Source of the DNA: Callorhinchus milii
Lineage: Eukaryota
NCBI RefSeq assembly: GCF_018977255.1
Contig: NW_024704742.1
Location: 35,652,001 to 35,716,000 of the forward strand
Reading direction: 5' to 3'
Length of the DNA: 64,000 nucleotides
In this document: piece by piece, positions 49,321 through 63,195 of the stretch
Layout of the letters: every line of letters starts with the position of its first letter
Position numbering within the stretch: the first letter of the stretch is position 1
Position numbers and translations under genes: made by a program
The notes under the pieces: generated by a model
The model's input: only the letters and a program-made list of their open reading frames with translations
What the model was told of the DNA's origin: nothing
The model's database searches: none

Positions 49321-52300
49321 TTTATATTCCTCTGTATATTTTCGTCTCCTATCTATTTCTAGGATGAAGGATTCTGATATTTATGACCTCCTATGTCATT
49401 CCTCTAACGCTAGCTTTCCTCTCCTCTTCACTGCCTGCAGCGTCTGGAAGCCCCCTTTATAACTTGATGATACAACTAGCATTGTGGTCTGACATTGCGC
49501 TACCCAGATTTAGCATGACTTCTAGTGATTTGAATTCAAATGATTTGCTTCACACTGTTTGACTATTTTCAGTGGAAGCCAACCTTTCCCACAAAGATCA
49601 GTCTTTCCAAAGACTGCCAGCCCATCTTTAGCTACATGTGGACACTTCCTGGTGGCAAACAATAGGCCTTGGAAGACGTCTGGGGTAGGCCTTCAGTTCT
49701 GTCTGTCACTTATGAAAGAATAAACAGATTGTAGGGAGAAACATTTTATTTAATGTTGTTCTACTATTTTACTGTCTTTTTAGAAAAAGCATCTTTACCA
49801 TGTTGATCTATGCCATGCTTTTTCCTTCTGTGATGTGTTTTAGCTTTTTCAAATCTTAATAGTAATATATTTTCATTCATGCTAAGTACAGTTAATTCAG
49901 AACTCCGCTGCCCGGATACTAACCTGCACAAAACTCTGGCCGCCCATCATATCAGTTCTAGCCAGGCTGCACTGGCTGCCAATTTCTGAACGGATCGACT
50001 TCAAGAACCTTTCACTCATTTTTGATTGCTTCATGCCCTTGCACCTCCCTACCCTTTGACTTTCTCACTTTCTTGTTCATGAATGAGGAGAAAGAACATT
50101 GAATCCCAGCAACATTGACATATTTCATCTTCATCCAGTCAGTATATAATAAAACTAATATATTGTACATAAATCAACACTTACTATTTTTTTACATTTG
50201 CTTTCAGTTTCTTTGCTTCATTTCACTACTTTACTAACTATTGCTCTTGTCACTTATGTGGTTCTATTTTCTCTTTGCTATTTTTCTGTTTGTTCTTGGC
50301 TTTCTGCTGCCCTTTCATATAAAAATGGCTGCCAAGACCCTCATATAAAACGTGCAGTGCACCACAGCATGCAACCAATAAACACTGCATATTTTGTGTA
50401 TCATCCAGGCAGGCGTTTAAGTAGTTCCCATGAATAATGATTGAAAATCTCTTAGATGAATAATTCTTAAACTTTTTGACTGCATCTACTTTTTGACAGG
50501 GCTTCCGTAAAACACTGAAATCTCCTTAAAGATGGCAGTATTGTACAACCAATAATTAGCAAGAAGAAAGTTGCAGCATTTCCTCCAAAACATAATCACT
50601 CATAAGAAATGTTGGAGACTCCCTTTGATTTGATTTTACTAATGGAAACAAAAGTGACTTTTAAAAAAAAATAGTATCAACAAATGACTTTTTAAAAAAA
50701 AAGTATCAACAAAGTGTTGTTCCTTGTTACACCTGCTTTTTAATAGTTTGTTTAGTGTGGTTGTCGGAAATGAGAAACCAGTGAAGTTTCTCTTTGACTT
50801 CAATGGAGGTCCAGTGTGAAATAGCCTACAAATACCTTACTAGCACCTGCATTTAAGGAAGTGATTCTGTGGTTGAGGTGGCTTTACAGTTCTTTAAGAA
50901 TTTGTCCCCTACCCCTCAAGGTTATGCATTTATTATAGCACTACCCTTGGTCAGCACATTGCAGTTTACTTGCCCTACATTGGCTTTCACATACCACTAG
51001 CATTCATCCTCTTTAGTACATGCAGGTGTATAAATAAAGCTGTTCTCAATTAGCACTGACCTCAGACATAGCATGCATCTGATCATTTTGTGCTGTGCAC
51101 CTGTGGTAATAAACACCAAGCTCACAGTGCTCCTTCACTGAATCTTAGTCAGATGATGCATTGTTACATGATTGTACTGGTAAAGCACACCATTATTGAT
51201 AGGTTACTTGGAAAAAAACTGTTACCAATTGAGCAGAGGGAGAGAAAGAAATGATTGTAGCCTCTCACGCAAAACAAAACAGACTCTCGCTTTTAATTGC
51301 TTGTTCGCAGTAACTGGGTCTATGTTTTGTTTGATGGCTTCAAGGTGAAATGCATGTGGGCATTCAAGAGGAAGTTCTGTGGAAACGTTAATGATAATAA
51401 TGTTTGCTTGCGGTTACCTTGCTACTCAAATTTCTACGAGTCTCCTGCAGGTAGTATGGAGGAAGAGCTGATTTATGAAATTGCTCATCTGTTGAGCCAG
51501 GAGAAAATCATTAAAAGCTGTAGCAATTCCACATACTGAACTAATCAGAATGAGGTATTTTAAATATAAAATGTTGATGAGCATTATGCTTAGCATTTCA
51601 TTTTTGTCTCACATCTGCAGACAATGTAAATTGGACAATATGAATTGAAGTGCTCTGGGACTCTACCCTGTATGAAGGGCGTTATATAAATGCAAGGTGT
51701 TGGCATTGTTGTTGACTTGTTTTAGAATGGCAAATGAGTTTCAAGTTTGGTCTTAGCTTCTGTGAAATAATTAAATGAAACCTGTGGTTAAAACATTGTT
51801 TTGACATTTATTATTTACTGTGAAAGTATGTAACTTATAATCAAAACTCTCTGCATCCTACTTAAAGTGGGATAAGGAAATCAAATCTGTCTAAAGCCCA
51901 ATTGCCATTTTCCACAATAAATGAGGAGAATTAACAGCTTCAGAAGAGATGTTAAACAGATTTCCCGTTTTGCCTGTTCAAGATCCCATTGTACAACTCA
52001 AAAAAGTCTTTGGTGTCCAGACCCAAAAGAGAAGACCTCATTCACTTCGTAGTTGTTTGTGGGCAAATTAGCTACCACGTTCACCTGAGAAATACACAGT
52101 CACTACACTTTATAGTAAACCCTGTGAAGTGCTTTGAGTTGTCTTCTTGATGCGAAAGGCTCAATATCAGATGCAGGAACAGGAGGATACCCAATTAGTC
52201 TGTTTCACCAGTTTATTAGATTTTATCAAATCTTAATCCCAATGACCTGCCCTTTTGCCCTTTATATGTCTACTACCAAAGTCTCTGTCTATCACTCTTT

Positions 52301-54442
52301 TAAACACCTCCATTAAATCTATTTTCACAGCGTTCTGCGGCAGTGCCATCCACATCTTCACAGCCCTCTGTGTGAAGAAATACTTCCTGACTTCAGTTCT
52401 TTGTGTCTTGTCTCTGATTTTAGACTATAACCCTTTGTGACAAATTCCAATAGGAAAATATATGCACCTTTCGTTATTTTAACTAGAATCAAATCACCTT
52501 TTAACTTACTGTACTCCAAGGACTATAACTCCAGTCTATCAATACTGTCATCATAGCCCAGGTATTTAGTCAACAGTTGCTGAACACTAGTATATTCTTC
52601 CAAAATCGAGTGCCCAAAACTGAGCAGTTTTCCAGATGAGGTCTGACCAGCAACAACAACAAAAAATTACATTTGCATAGCGACTTTCAGATAGGGAGGG
52701 CCTGGACAGTCAGGGATTTGGGGGGGTTGGGAGTTGGGATTAGGAGGGGTGGAGGGTAGGAGGGTGACAAAGAGAAGGGTCTTGAGATTGGCCTTGAAGG
52801 CGGCAAGAGAGGGAACAAGGCATGATTTGAAATATAAAATATACTATATAAAATGATAATATAGTTAAACATTTTATATTGAATAACTAATATAAAATGA
52901 CCAGTATGGCCCAAATTCATAGATTATATAACCGAAGAAGCACCTCTTATAGGACGTATTTTAGACCTCCTGTAATAAATGCCAGCATTCCACTTACTTT
53001 ATTGACTGCTTTCTCAAACTATGAAGTAGGTTTTAATAATCTATGAACTTGGGCCAGTAGATCTATCTCTTTGCTCATCCAAACCTACAAGTTCTTCCCC
53101 ATTTAGGAAATGCTTCAAAATACTATTCCACTCCCTCATACTTCGTAATGTTAAACTCCATTATTTTTACTTCAAATATTGTGCTGCAATACTCAAATCT
53201 TTTATACATCTTTTTTGCTAATTCACACCTCACACTAAATAAAACAATAATCCAAAAACAATAATAAAATTGGCATTTTCAATCTACGACTGTTTGTGGG
53301 ACATTGCTGTGCGCAATTGGCTGCCGCGTTCGCCCACAAATTTACAGTCAATTCACTTTACAGTGTGTTCTGTGAAGCGCTTTGGGACGTCCTTCCGACG
53401 TGAAAAGCGCTATATCAAATGCAAGGATTATTATTATTAAAACCACAGAATTGAAAATGATGTATACAGCTGCAGTGCACTGCCAACAAGTCTTATTAAA
53501 GATCAAGTGACATCCCTGAAAAGTATTACAATGCGAACGGTCCTATAAAATGAGCCTTTGTACTTATCAATTTGTTGCTCGTATACAAATTACATTTATA
53601 TAGTGCCTTACACATTGGGAGGATATCTTAACAATGCACTAGAATAGGCACCAGAGCTGGCGTGTGAGGGAGGGGAGGGGGGTATGTATTCAAATACTGA
53701 AATTGATAGTTTGTAGGACCAATATAGATAAATAATTCTGAACATATTATTAGTAAGAACTCTAATTGTTTGAGTAGCTTTAGCACGAGTCCCAATTATT
53801 GTAATGCGATAAAGACAGTTAAAGACCTCACTGGGGCAGTTTTCATTTTTATTATCTCACGGAAATCTGTGGTTAGGGATTAGCTCATAATGATATAGTC
53901 TTTGTGTAGTTAAGTGGAACTATTGGATGAACTGATGCTTTGCTCACACGGAACTGTTCCAGGTAACAGGCTGTCACTGTACTAGTTTAGAGGAACACAA
54001 AAATCTCACATATTAAACAAGCCAAACTGTTAGAGTGATAACTCCTTTTGGAATGGTTTGAAAGTAGAATAGAGAATATCAGTTAACAGCACACATCATA
54101 AGATTTTATAAAGAAAAACATTAGGAAATAGGACAGTTTACTTTTGAAATGCAAACAGTGAAATTTTGAGGAGTTAGCAGGTCGGTTTTATATTCTTATT
54201 ACCTTATATGAACCTAGCAGAAATTAGTTCATGGTATTTACTTTTTAAAGAATTTGTGAATAAAGGGAAGTTTTCCTCATACACTACGTACTTGGAGGAA
54301 CCAGGGATTATACATATTTATGTTACGCTTGCACTTATTGGTTGTGAATCATCACAAACATGGTGGAGGTTGAATTAGTGTGAATTGCATTAAAGGCTTA
54401 CTCCAAGGTACTGCCTAGAGGAAGTGGTAGCAAGAGCAGTGA

Positions 54443-55570
54443 ACAACAACAACAAAATTACATTTGTATAGCCCTTTCACGTTGGAAGGACGTCCCGAGG
54501 CACTGGACAATCAGTGTTTCGGACCCAAGCTGGGGGTCGGGATCGGGGAGGGTGGAGGATAGGGGTGGGGAAGAAGGTTGACCGAAGGCACAATGGTCTT
54601 GAGACTCATCTTGAAGGAGGAAAGGGAGGGGGGGGCGAGGTGGAGGGACTGTGGGATGGAGTTCCAGAGGGTGGGAGCAGAGTGGCAGAAGGTCCACCTG
54701 CCGATGGTGGGGCGGGCGAGGTGGCGTAGATGAAGCAGGCCGGAGCCCGCTGACCGGAGGGAACGGGCAGGTTGGTGGGGGTTAGGAGGTCGCAGAGAGG
54801 CCATGGAGGACTTTGAAGGTGAGGGCCAGGATCTCGAATTGTATCCTCTGTGATAGGAAGTCAGTGGATTGGGTGAGGATCAGGGTGATAGGTTTGCAGA
54901 GCCTGGTGCGAGAGAGGACAGGGCTGTAGAGTTCAGGATGATCTGCAGCCTATGGAGGGAGGAGTTGGGGAGGCCGACAAGCAGGGAATTTGCATAATCG
55001 AGCCTGGATGTTATGAATGAGTGTATGAGCATCTCTGTGGCCTGTGGTGTGAGACATTGGTGGAGCCGGGTGATGTTGCTGTGGTGGGGGAATGCAGAGT
55101 GGGACATGGCACGGATATGGGCTAGAAAAGTTAGTTGAGGGTCAAACAAGACACCAAGTTTGTGGACTGGCTTAGTAAGGTGGAGTGTGGATCATTGGAT
55201 GGTGATGCTGTCAGTGCCTGAGGTGTGGAGGCACTGACTGGAACCAATCAGGAGGGCCTTGGTCTTGTTGACGTTCAACTGAAGAAAGTTAGCTCTTATC
55301 CACGACTTGATGTCTGACAGATATTCTGTCAGGACAGCAGTGGTCCATGTCCATGACCCCATGTCTGTGGATGATGTCGCCAAGAGGGAACATATAGATA
55401 TTGAAAAGGAGGGGACCAAAAACAGAGCCCTGAGGAACTCCGCACAAGATGGTGTGGGGGCAAGAGGAGAAGCCGTTTGTGGAGATGAAGTGGACATGGT
55501 GTGAGAGATAGGATCTGAACCATTCAAGGACGGAACCATGAAGGTTGAGGTGAGAGGAGAGGCGGTGAGA
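54443..55570 (-). mobile_element. 5'-truncated L2 LINE
   Basis: [37 protein letters not shown]; (CAA)n tail at 54443. Confidence 0.9.
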
Positions 55571-58500
55571 TTCACATTTGCTTCAGTAAAAACTTTGTGG
55601 GTGCAAATCACAGTGGGCTTGCTTCCCTTGTGTGGTCCTTTGAAGGGGGTGTGGAGTTGGAGGGAGTCCTGTTTCAGTACATTAGGCTCTTTAATAACAT
55701 TGGGTGAACTGCAAAATCAAGTCTACTTTTAACATCCCAGTTTTTACATGATGTGAAGTGGCAAGTATAGCTCAGGCTTTCTGCTCCATATCCATATGCT
55801 GCTGGGAGTGAAGTGGCATTGCTCCCAGCAGTAAAAACACAGCATGTAACAAGTGAAAAAAATTGGAACGAGAACTCTTGTTGGAAAGGAATAAAGGCAG
55901 AACTGGAAAGTAAAACAGCTTAGGAAAATGGAATTCTTTTAAGAACATTTCAAGGGAACTGGAAAGAAAATACATTCCTTTGAGGAAAAGGAGAATCACA
56001 ATGGGACTAAAACCAAACTGGTGCCTAAGAAGAGCAAAATGTATTCCCTTTGGTATTCTGCTTGAGGATCTTCAGATGTATTCTGTCTTGTCTGGTTGCC
56101 TTGCAGACATTTAATTCTTTGTAAGTCTTCATAAAACATACTGTACTGCTATCTGAGGTATCAATCTGGCTTCTTTTGTGGTGTAGCCTTGCCTTTGCAG
56201 CAGAAGTTTGTGGATTCGAACAACAGATTGAGGCTGGAACTCATAACACAGTACTTGGAGAGCATGCATCGGTAGAATGAGACATTAAATCTCGGTCCAC
56301 CTGCCTGTTTTGGTGGATATTAAAGTATCCATGATCTTTTTTGCAAAGAAGAAATTTCTCCTGCTATACTGACTAACAGCCTTTCGGATAATTTACTCAT
56401 TCACTTCATGGCCCTTGCTGTGCCTAATTTAGCACACACTTGTTTACAAATATACAGGCATTTGATAGGAATTACCTTGATAGGAACAGTGAAGGACGTT
56501 ACCTGTTCTAAAGTGGCTTTAGATTATTCATATTATAAGTGCTATAATCAAATACAACTTGTGTTAAAAGATTTCTGAGGTAAAGCGAGCAGATCAAGAA
56601 TTCGACTATAATTTCATCTTTTACTTTAAGGCTAACTAAAAGATTATTACAGGAAATAAGAGGTCAATATAAAAGCAAATTGCAGTCAGCAGCAAGTGGG
56701 ATTCAACAATATATTTTGTTAACAAACATCTTGTTGGACTAGTGGCCCGAAATCCACTTAATCAAAATAATCGAAGTTGCCATTTACTCTTAAATATATT
56801 TATTCCAAATTTGATATGTATTTTAGTATTAGTAATTGAACAAAAATATTTGAATAAAAATGTCCTAAGTGCACTTTATTTTCAAACTACCCAAAAAGAT
56901 GAAAAAAGATCAAATAGATAGCTGCTTGATCTGTGATAGATGACCTGGAGGATAAAAAGTATCAGCATTCTGTTTGCTTTTTGTGCAGCAGATTTCCATT
57001 TTCATTTCATGTTTGATCTGTGGTCCGCTTATGTGCAAATGAAATGAAAATAACCATCAAAGTCAAATTTGTTGTGTATCTTGCTAACATACTTTTCAAA
57101 ACCAGCAGGCCATGGATATGGTTTTAAACATACTGCATGACGTTCCTCTGATTTGATCTGAATTTATGCATTTTACCTTTTAAGAATATCATTTTGAACC
57201 AGCTATTTGGGGAAAAGGAAGAATGTTACCATACTGTACCTTTTAATTTCATGCTGGTGTCTTTGATATACAGTTTTAAAAGGAATCATAGCAAAAGTAT
57301 TGTGACACTTAGTTATTAGTCTGCATGTAAATGTTAGTTACAACTAATAATTAAAGTCACATATTACTGTGTCATTATTACCCATTTGTTTTTTAAAAAA
57401 TCAGAAGCTTGAGAGGCCTCATGGTCATAATGCTTAGGCCATTGACTTAAAAATTAATATCATGCAAAATATTGGAAACTTTTAAAGTCAATCATAATTT
57501 CTTCATTTGAAGAAGATGGAAAACCAGCTTCAAAAGACGGAAAACCAGCTTCACAAGACTAAATTTAAGAATTTTCAATCTTCTACACCTACTTAATTTT
57601 AAGGTAATAGTCTATGATCATGGGGAATTTTGAGCCTCTGAACATTAAAATGAATATAAGGTCTGGCTTCTGCAATGGATTACAGCACAGTCCGTAAAGT
57701 TTTCGGACTCAAGTTTCAATTTCAGTGTGCCTCAGACTCAGATGAAAACTTTCCTTTTCTGCTGGTAGTGAGGGTCCTATGTGGAATGAATTTGAGCAGT
57801 TTGAATCAATGGTCACAGATCATCAGTGCAAACCTGCAGCTAAACTTAATAATAATATTAATCTTTGCATTTGATCTAACTCCTTATCATGTCTTCGAGA
57901 CTCTCAAAGCACTTCACAGAACAATAATAATCCTTGCATTTGATATAGCACCTTATTATGTCTTTGAGACATCTCAAAGAACTTCACAGAATATACTGTA
58001 AAGTGAATTGACCATATTTTGTGGGTGAAACGCGGTGGACGATTTCGCACAGTTGTCCTACAAACAGTCGTGGATTGAATGACCAATTAATTATTTTTTT
58101 TGAAGGGATTGTTTCTTGGCATACATTGAGAGAAAAGTTTCCCTGGCTGCAGGTCATATGATTTCAGTCAGTGAAACATAAGGAAGTGTTTGTAGGACAT
58201 GCAATGTGCAAGAAAATCTGAACTTAAAATATTTAACTGCAGATTCACAAAATAGAAATGAGTTACCCAGAGGTGGAAATTTTACCAAAAGAAATGTTTC
58301 ATATTGATTTTGCAAAATATATGTCAGCTTGGCTCAATGTTATCACTCTCGCCTCTGAGTTAGAAGGTTGTGGGTTCAAATCTCACGTAGGGACTTGAAC
58401 TCTATGTACAGCATTGGGAGTATGGTGCATTGTCAGAGCTGCCGTTCTACAGGTGAGACATTAAACCAAGGTCCTGCTGCCTGTTTAGGTGGACGTTAAA

Positions 58501-60242
58501 GATCGCATGACGCTTTTTGAAAAGTGAAGAGAGTTTCTCCTGGTGTCCTGACCAATAATCCGCATTTAATGTTTGTAGCCTGGTAAATGTGTAAGACAAC
58601 CCTCAAAGAGCCAGTACTGTAATGCCTGAAAGCATTACAGTACCTAATCATGGTAATACCTGATCATGTTAAGAGAACATTTGTATGACTTTGAATTCTC
58701 ACTTGCTAATATGAATAAATCTACTCCAATGTGTGTATTATTAATTTGAAGTACCCCGTACAGTTTAGCAGTGCATGTAAACTACAGGGGTATGGGGAAA
58801 GTGCAAGTAAATGGGATTGAACCAATTACTCTTAAAAAAAACAGCACAGACATGATGGGCTAAATGGCCTTCTTCTGTTCTGTAAATTTCTGTGGTTTTA
58901 TGTCCATAGACTGCAGGATCTTTGCTTAACCCTCTCCACAACTTGCATATTACCATTTCACCATTCTGCCAACTTTAAACAGTAACAGATTTTCCTATTT
59001 TTCTTTATCTAATTGTGCAGGAATTTGAACTTTACAGAGAGGATAACAGATGGTTGGATCTCTGCTATGATGAGAATAAACAATGACTAGGTGTAACATA
59101 CTTGTTTGTGTTTGAATGACATCCTAAACCATGAGCTGGTTATAGTTATCTGAACATCGAGATCATATTAAGGGCTTGTAACCCCCTTCCATCTATTGTT
59201 TTCTATATGATAATAACTTGTTAAAATATACTTTCCGTCCCATTAACCAGTGTAATTCACACATCTATCATGACTATTTGGCCAAGCTGCTTTGTACACA
59301 TCAATAGAATAGAGATCCAATTCTAGACCAGGATTTTAATTGGGTTAACTGACAGAACATGAAAGTTTCACTCAGAAAATAATTTTCCTGAAGCAGTACG
59401 CATAAGGGTATAATGAATATGAAATGTGATATTTCTGTATTATTTAAACCAGTGGAAGTTAATATCATTCAGTGGGTACATGCACCTGGTGTAGTACTAA
59501 GCCACGTGGATCAGGAGGTTGTGGGTTTGATGACTATTTTTGTTGGCAGCCAATATTAGTTGGGTGACAGCCAATCCTTACATTTGATAAAGTGTCTATA
59601 AAATCGAGAACATATCAAAGTGCTCCACATAGTTTCTGTAAAGTCCACTAATTGTGTTTTTATGTGAATACAGCAGTCAATTTGTGATCATCAATGTCCT
59701 ACAAACAGCCGTGAAGTAAATAACCATTTTATATCTGAGGAATTATTGGCTAGGACAATGGGAAACTCCCTCCTCTTTTCAAATACTGCCATGAGATCTT
59801 TAACATTCATTTGATCAGGTAGAAAGGACCTTGGTTTAATGAAGGATGGCATCTCCGACAATGCAGTGCTCCCACAGCAGAGCATTGGAGTTTCATCCCA
59901 GAATATGCTAAAAATCTGTACAATTGACCCCAGTCTTCTGAGGTTAATGAAGGGAAAGAAAACAAGCCAAGGCTTCCATTCTTGATCCTCATCCAGTGAC
60001 ATTTGCCAGAATGTGTGNTTTTTGTGCGTGTCAGTTAGTGGAAGCAACTAGTCAGTGCAAAGCTGTTTAAAGTTCACAAGATCAAGTAATCACAAGAGAT
60101 TCAGATGAATTCCCATTAGCTCATTTGATCCTATCCTTCCAGAATATTCACTCTACCTATGATCAAGCTGTTGCTGAATGGATCGAGCTTCATTGCTTCC
60201 ACCTCTCTTCCTGGTAACATTCCATCAAGTTGAAATCTTCTG

Positions 60243-60608
60243 TAATAATAATCCTTGCATTTGATATAACATCTTATCACGTCTTGAGACGTCTCAAAGC
60301 CCTTCGCAGAATATACTGTAAATTGAATTGACTGTATTTTGTGGGCAAAACGCGTTAGGCAATTGGGCATAGCAGTGTCCTACGAACAGTAGTGGATTGA
60401 GGGACAAAATTATTATTTTTTTACTGAAGGGATTATTACCCCCGGAAAGTGATCTTCCAATCGACTAAAACCGGGTTCCAACTTACTGCTAATTAAACAG
60501 AGGAACGTGAAGAAAGGAAACTTCCCTAAGGTTTTGCCCTGTCCGAGAATCGAACTTGGGTCCCCACACTTGGTGGAGAGTGCTCTAACCAATATGCTAA
60601 AGGACTCC
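60243..60608 (-). mobile_element. SINE inserted into a CR1 relic (about 60090-60240 and 60610-60800)
   Basis: Family head, body and tail; the flanks continue as CR1 3' sequence. Confidence 0.82.
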
Positions 60609-60889
60609 AAATCCTGTAGTGTAGGTAAATACTTCCTGAAATGTTTCCTCGAATTGCACAACTTGAACCTCATGCCTCTTGTCCTCCTACATTGGCATAT
60701 CTGGAAAATATTAGTTTTACTTTCACTGTCCCATTTAGCAACCTATTTAACTCTTCAAAATCCTCTCTGAGGTGTCTATTTTCAAAGCTGAAAAGTCCTA
60801 ATTTTTGTAATTCAGTTGTATTATTTAGAAATAAGGTCAGTTACTAACTTCAACAGGAACCTCCATGCCTTTTCTGTGTACAAAAGCAA

Positions 60890-61256
60890 TATAATATAAT
60901 CTACATTGATATAGTGCCTTTCACATCAGGAGGATCTCAAAATGCTGGGAGTGGGAGCCGAAGTGGGTGGGGAGGGAAAAGATGACCAATATTATGATCT
61001 TGAGACAGATCTGAACAATGTGAGGGAAGGAGCAAATCGTAGGGACTCTGGGATGGAGTTCCAGAGTGGGAGCAGAATGGCTGAAAACCTACTCACTGAT
61101 TGTGAGGTGGATAGTACGGGGGACATAAAGCAAGCTAATGTTTGCTGAGTGAAGGGAGTGGCCAGGTTGATAGGGTTGAAGGAGATCACAAGGTGCGAAT
61201 GGGGCAAGACCATGGAGGGATTTGTAAGTGAGAATGAGGATTTTGAATTCGAGCAA
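60890..61256 (-). mobile_element. L2 3' fragment
   Basis: [16 protein letters not shown] and LWNSIPESLR remnants. Confidence 0.8.
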
Positions 61257-61539
61257 GCCATAAATGTGTAGTGATGTAGAGCTGGATAGATATTTTAGAC
61301 TGCTTGCCACAGAGTATTCGAATATTTTTGAAAAACATTGTTCAGGAGATTAAATAGGTGAGATAGTCACTGCTAGTTTAGGTTGTAAGTGGTCTGTAGA
61401 AGGTTCATGCTTGGTAGGCTATATTCTGATATGTTCACCTGTACAAGGACCTTAAGAAAGCATGGGGAATAAATGCTGGCCCTACTTGTATTGGCCACAT
61501 CCCAAGAATACGTTGTTTTTTTAAATTGCCATTTTGAGT

Positions 61540-61935
61540 TCACTGGCTTCCCATCACACAGAGGATATAGTTCAAGATCTTGGTCGTCACCTTCAAAGCC
61601 CTCCATTGTCTTGCTCCTCCCTACATCTGTGACCTCCTAACCCCCTAACATCCTGCTCGCTCCCTCTGCTCAGTGGGCTCCGGCATGTTCACGTCCCCCA
61701 CCTCACCCGCCCCACCATTGGCGGGCAGGTCTTCTGCCACTCTGCCCCCATCCTCTGGAACTCCATCCCGCAGTCCCTCCGTCTCGCCTTCAAGACCCAT
61801 CTCATGATCCTCCTCTTCGACCATGCTTTTGATCACCCACTTCCCCCCTACCATCCCGTTTGCTCCATCCACTCAGCAGGCTCTGGCTGCTTCACATCCC
61901 CCGCCTTGCTCGCCCCACTATCGGCAGGCGGGCAA
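61540..61935 (+). mobile_element. L2 3' fragment with internal repeat
   Basis: cactggcttcccatcacacagagg... (HWLPI-encoding); the segment near 61642-61730 recurs near 61845-61933. Confidence 0.8.
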
Positions 61936-63195
61936 ACAGGAGGCTGGAACCAGACGAGCGGAGGCAGCAGGTGGTGGAGTGTGGGGGTAAGCAGATCGTA
62001 TAGGTATGGAGGTGCAAGAGCATGAAGGCTTTTGAAAATGAGTGAAAGGATCTTGAAATCGATCCGTTCAGTAATTGGGAACCAGTGGAGCCGGGCAAGG
62101 ACTGGTGTGATGGGGGTACAGAGTTTTGTGTGGGTGAGTATCTGGGTGGTGAAGTTTTGAATTAATTGAATATTGTGCACGGTGGAGCTGGGGAGACCAG
62201 CAAGGACGGCATTGGAATAGTCCAGCTGGGAAATGACAAAGGTGTGGACGAGGGTTTTGGCTGCATTGGTTGTGAAGTACAGACGGAGGTGGGCAATGTG
62301 ACGGAGGTGGAAAAAAGCGGTCCTGGTTAGGGAATGGATGTGGGGTCGAAATGAAAGCTGGGGATCGAACCTGATGCCTAGGTTGCACACGGATTTGGTG
62401 AGTCTGAGGGAGAGCCTGGGGAGGTTGAGGAGTTCAGACCCGCACGGGAGAAAATGTTGATGGGAGCCAAAGAGTATGGCTGTCCTTTTGCCAATATTCA
62501 GCTGCAGGAAATTTGCGCTCATCCAGGCCTTGATGTCCATCAAACAAACTGACAGGACATCAGCAAATTGGGGGTCACATCTGGAGGAGGAAAGATAGAT
62601 TTGGGTGTCATCCGCATACATGTGGAAGTTGTCTCCATGTCTGTGGGAGCATTTGGTAGCGTGTAGATAAGGAAAAGAAGGGGGCCAAGGATGAAGCCTT
62701 GGAGTACCCTGCAAGTTCCCGGGCAGGGGTAGGAGGAAAAAACATTCGCCGAGATGTATTGTTGGTGGTTTGTTAACTAAGACTCAAACCAAGCGTGTGC
62801 GGACCCACTAAGGTGGATGAGGGAGGAGAAGTGATGAAGGAGGATCTGTGAGCAGAGGGAGCCCTGCTCACAGAAAGAGTGGACATCATTTGTTAATTTG
62901 ATGAGAACTGTCTCTGTGCTGTGGGCAGGGTGAAAACCGGACTGGAGTTGATTTCCAATGAGTTTCAAAACTTTGGCCAGGAAAGGTAGGTTTGAGATGG
63001 GTCTGAAGTTTGTGAGGTTGGAGGGATCAAGCGTAGATTTTTTTAAGGAAAGGAATGATGGCAGTAGTTTTGAGGGAGAGCGAGACAGAGCCTGAGGAGA
63101 GGAACTGGTTGATTGTGTCAGCCAGCAGTGGGCAGAGGAGGGGAAGTTGAGTGACCAGAAGTTAGGTGGGGAGGGGGTCGAGGCAGCAGGTGGGC
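61936..63195 (-). mobile_element. L2 LINE fragment, distinct subfamily
   Basis: YADDTQIY, FLQLNIGK, LHWFPITERIDFKIL, QSGFHPAHSTETVL. A + strand relative lies at about 49885-50055. Confidence 0.92.

Noticed and set aside
50650..50716. Short tandem duplications (also 57519-57560)
   Set aside because: Ordinary slippage duplications with no further signal.
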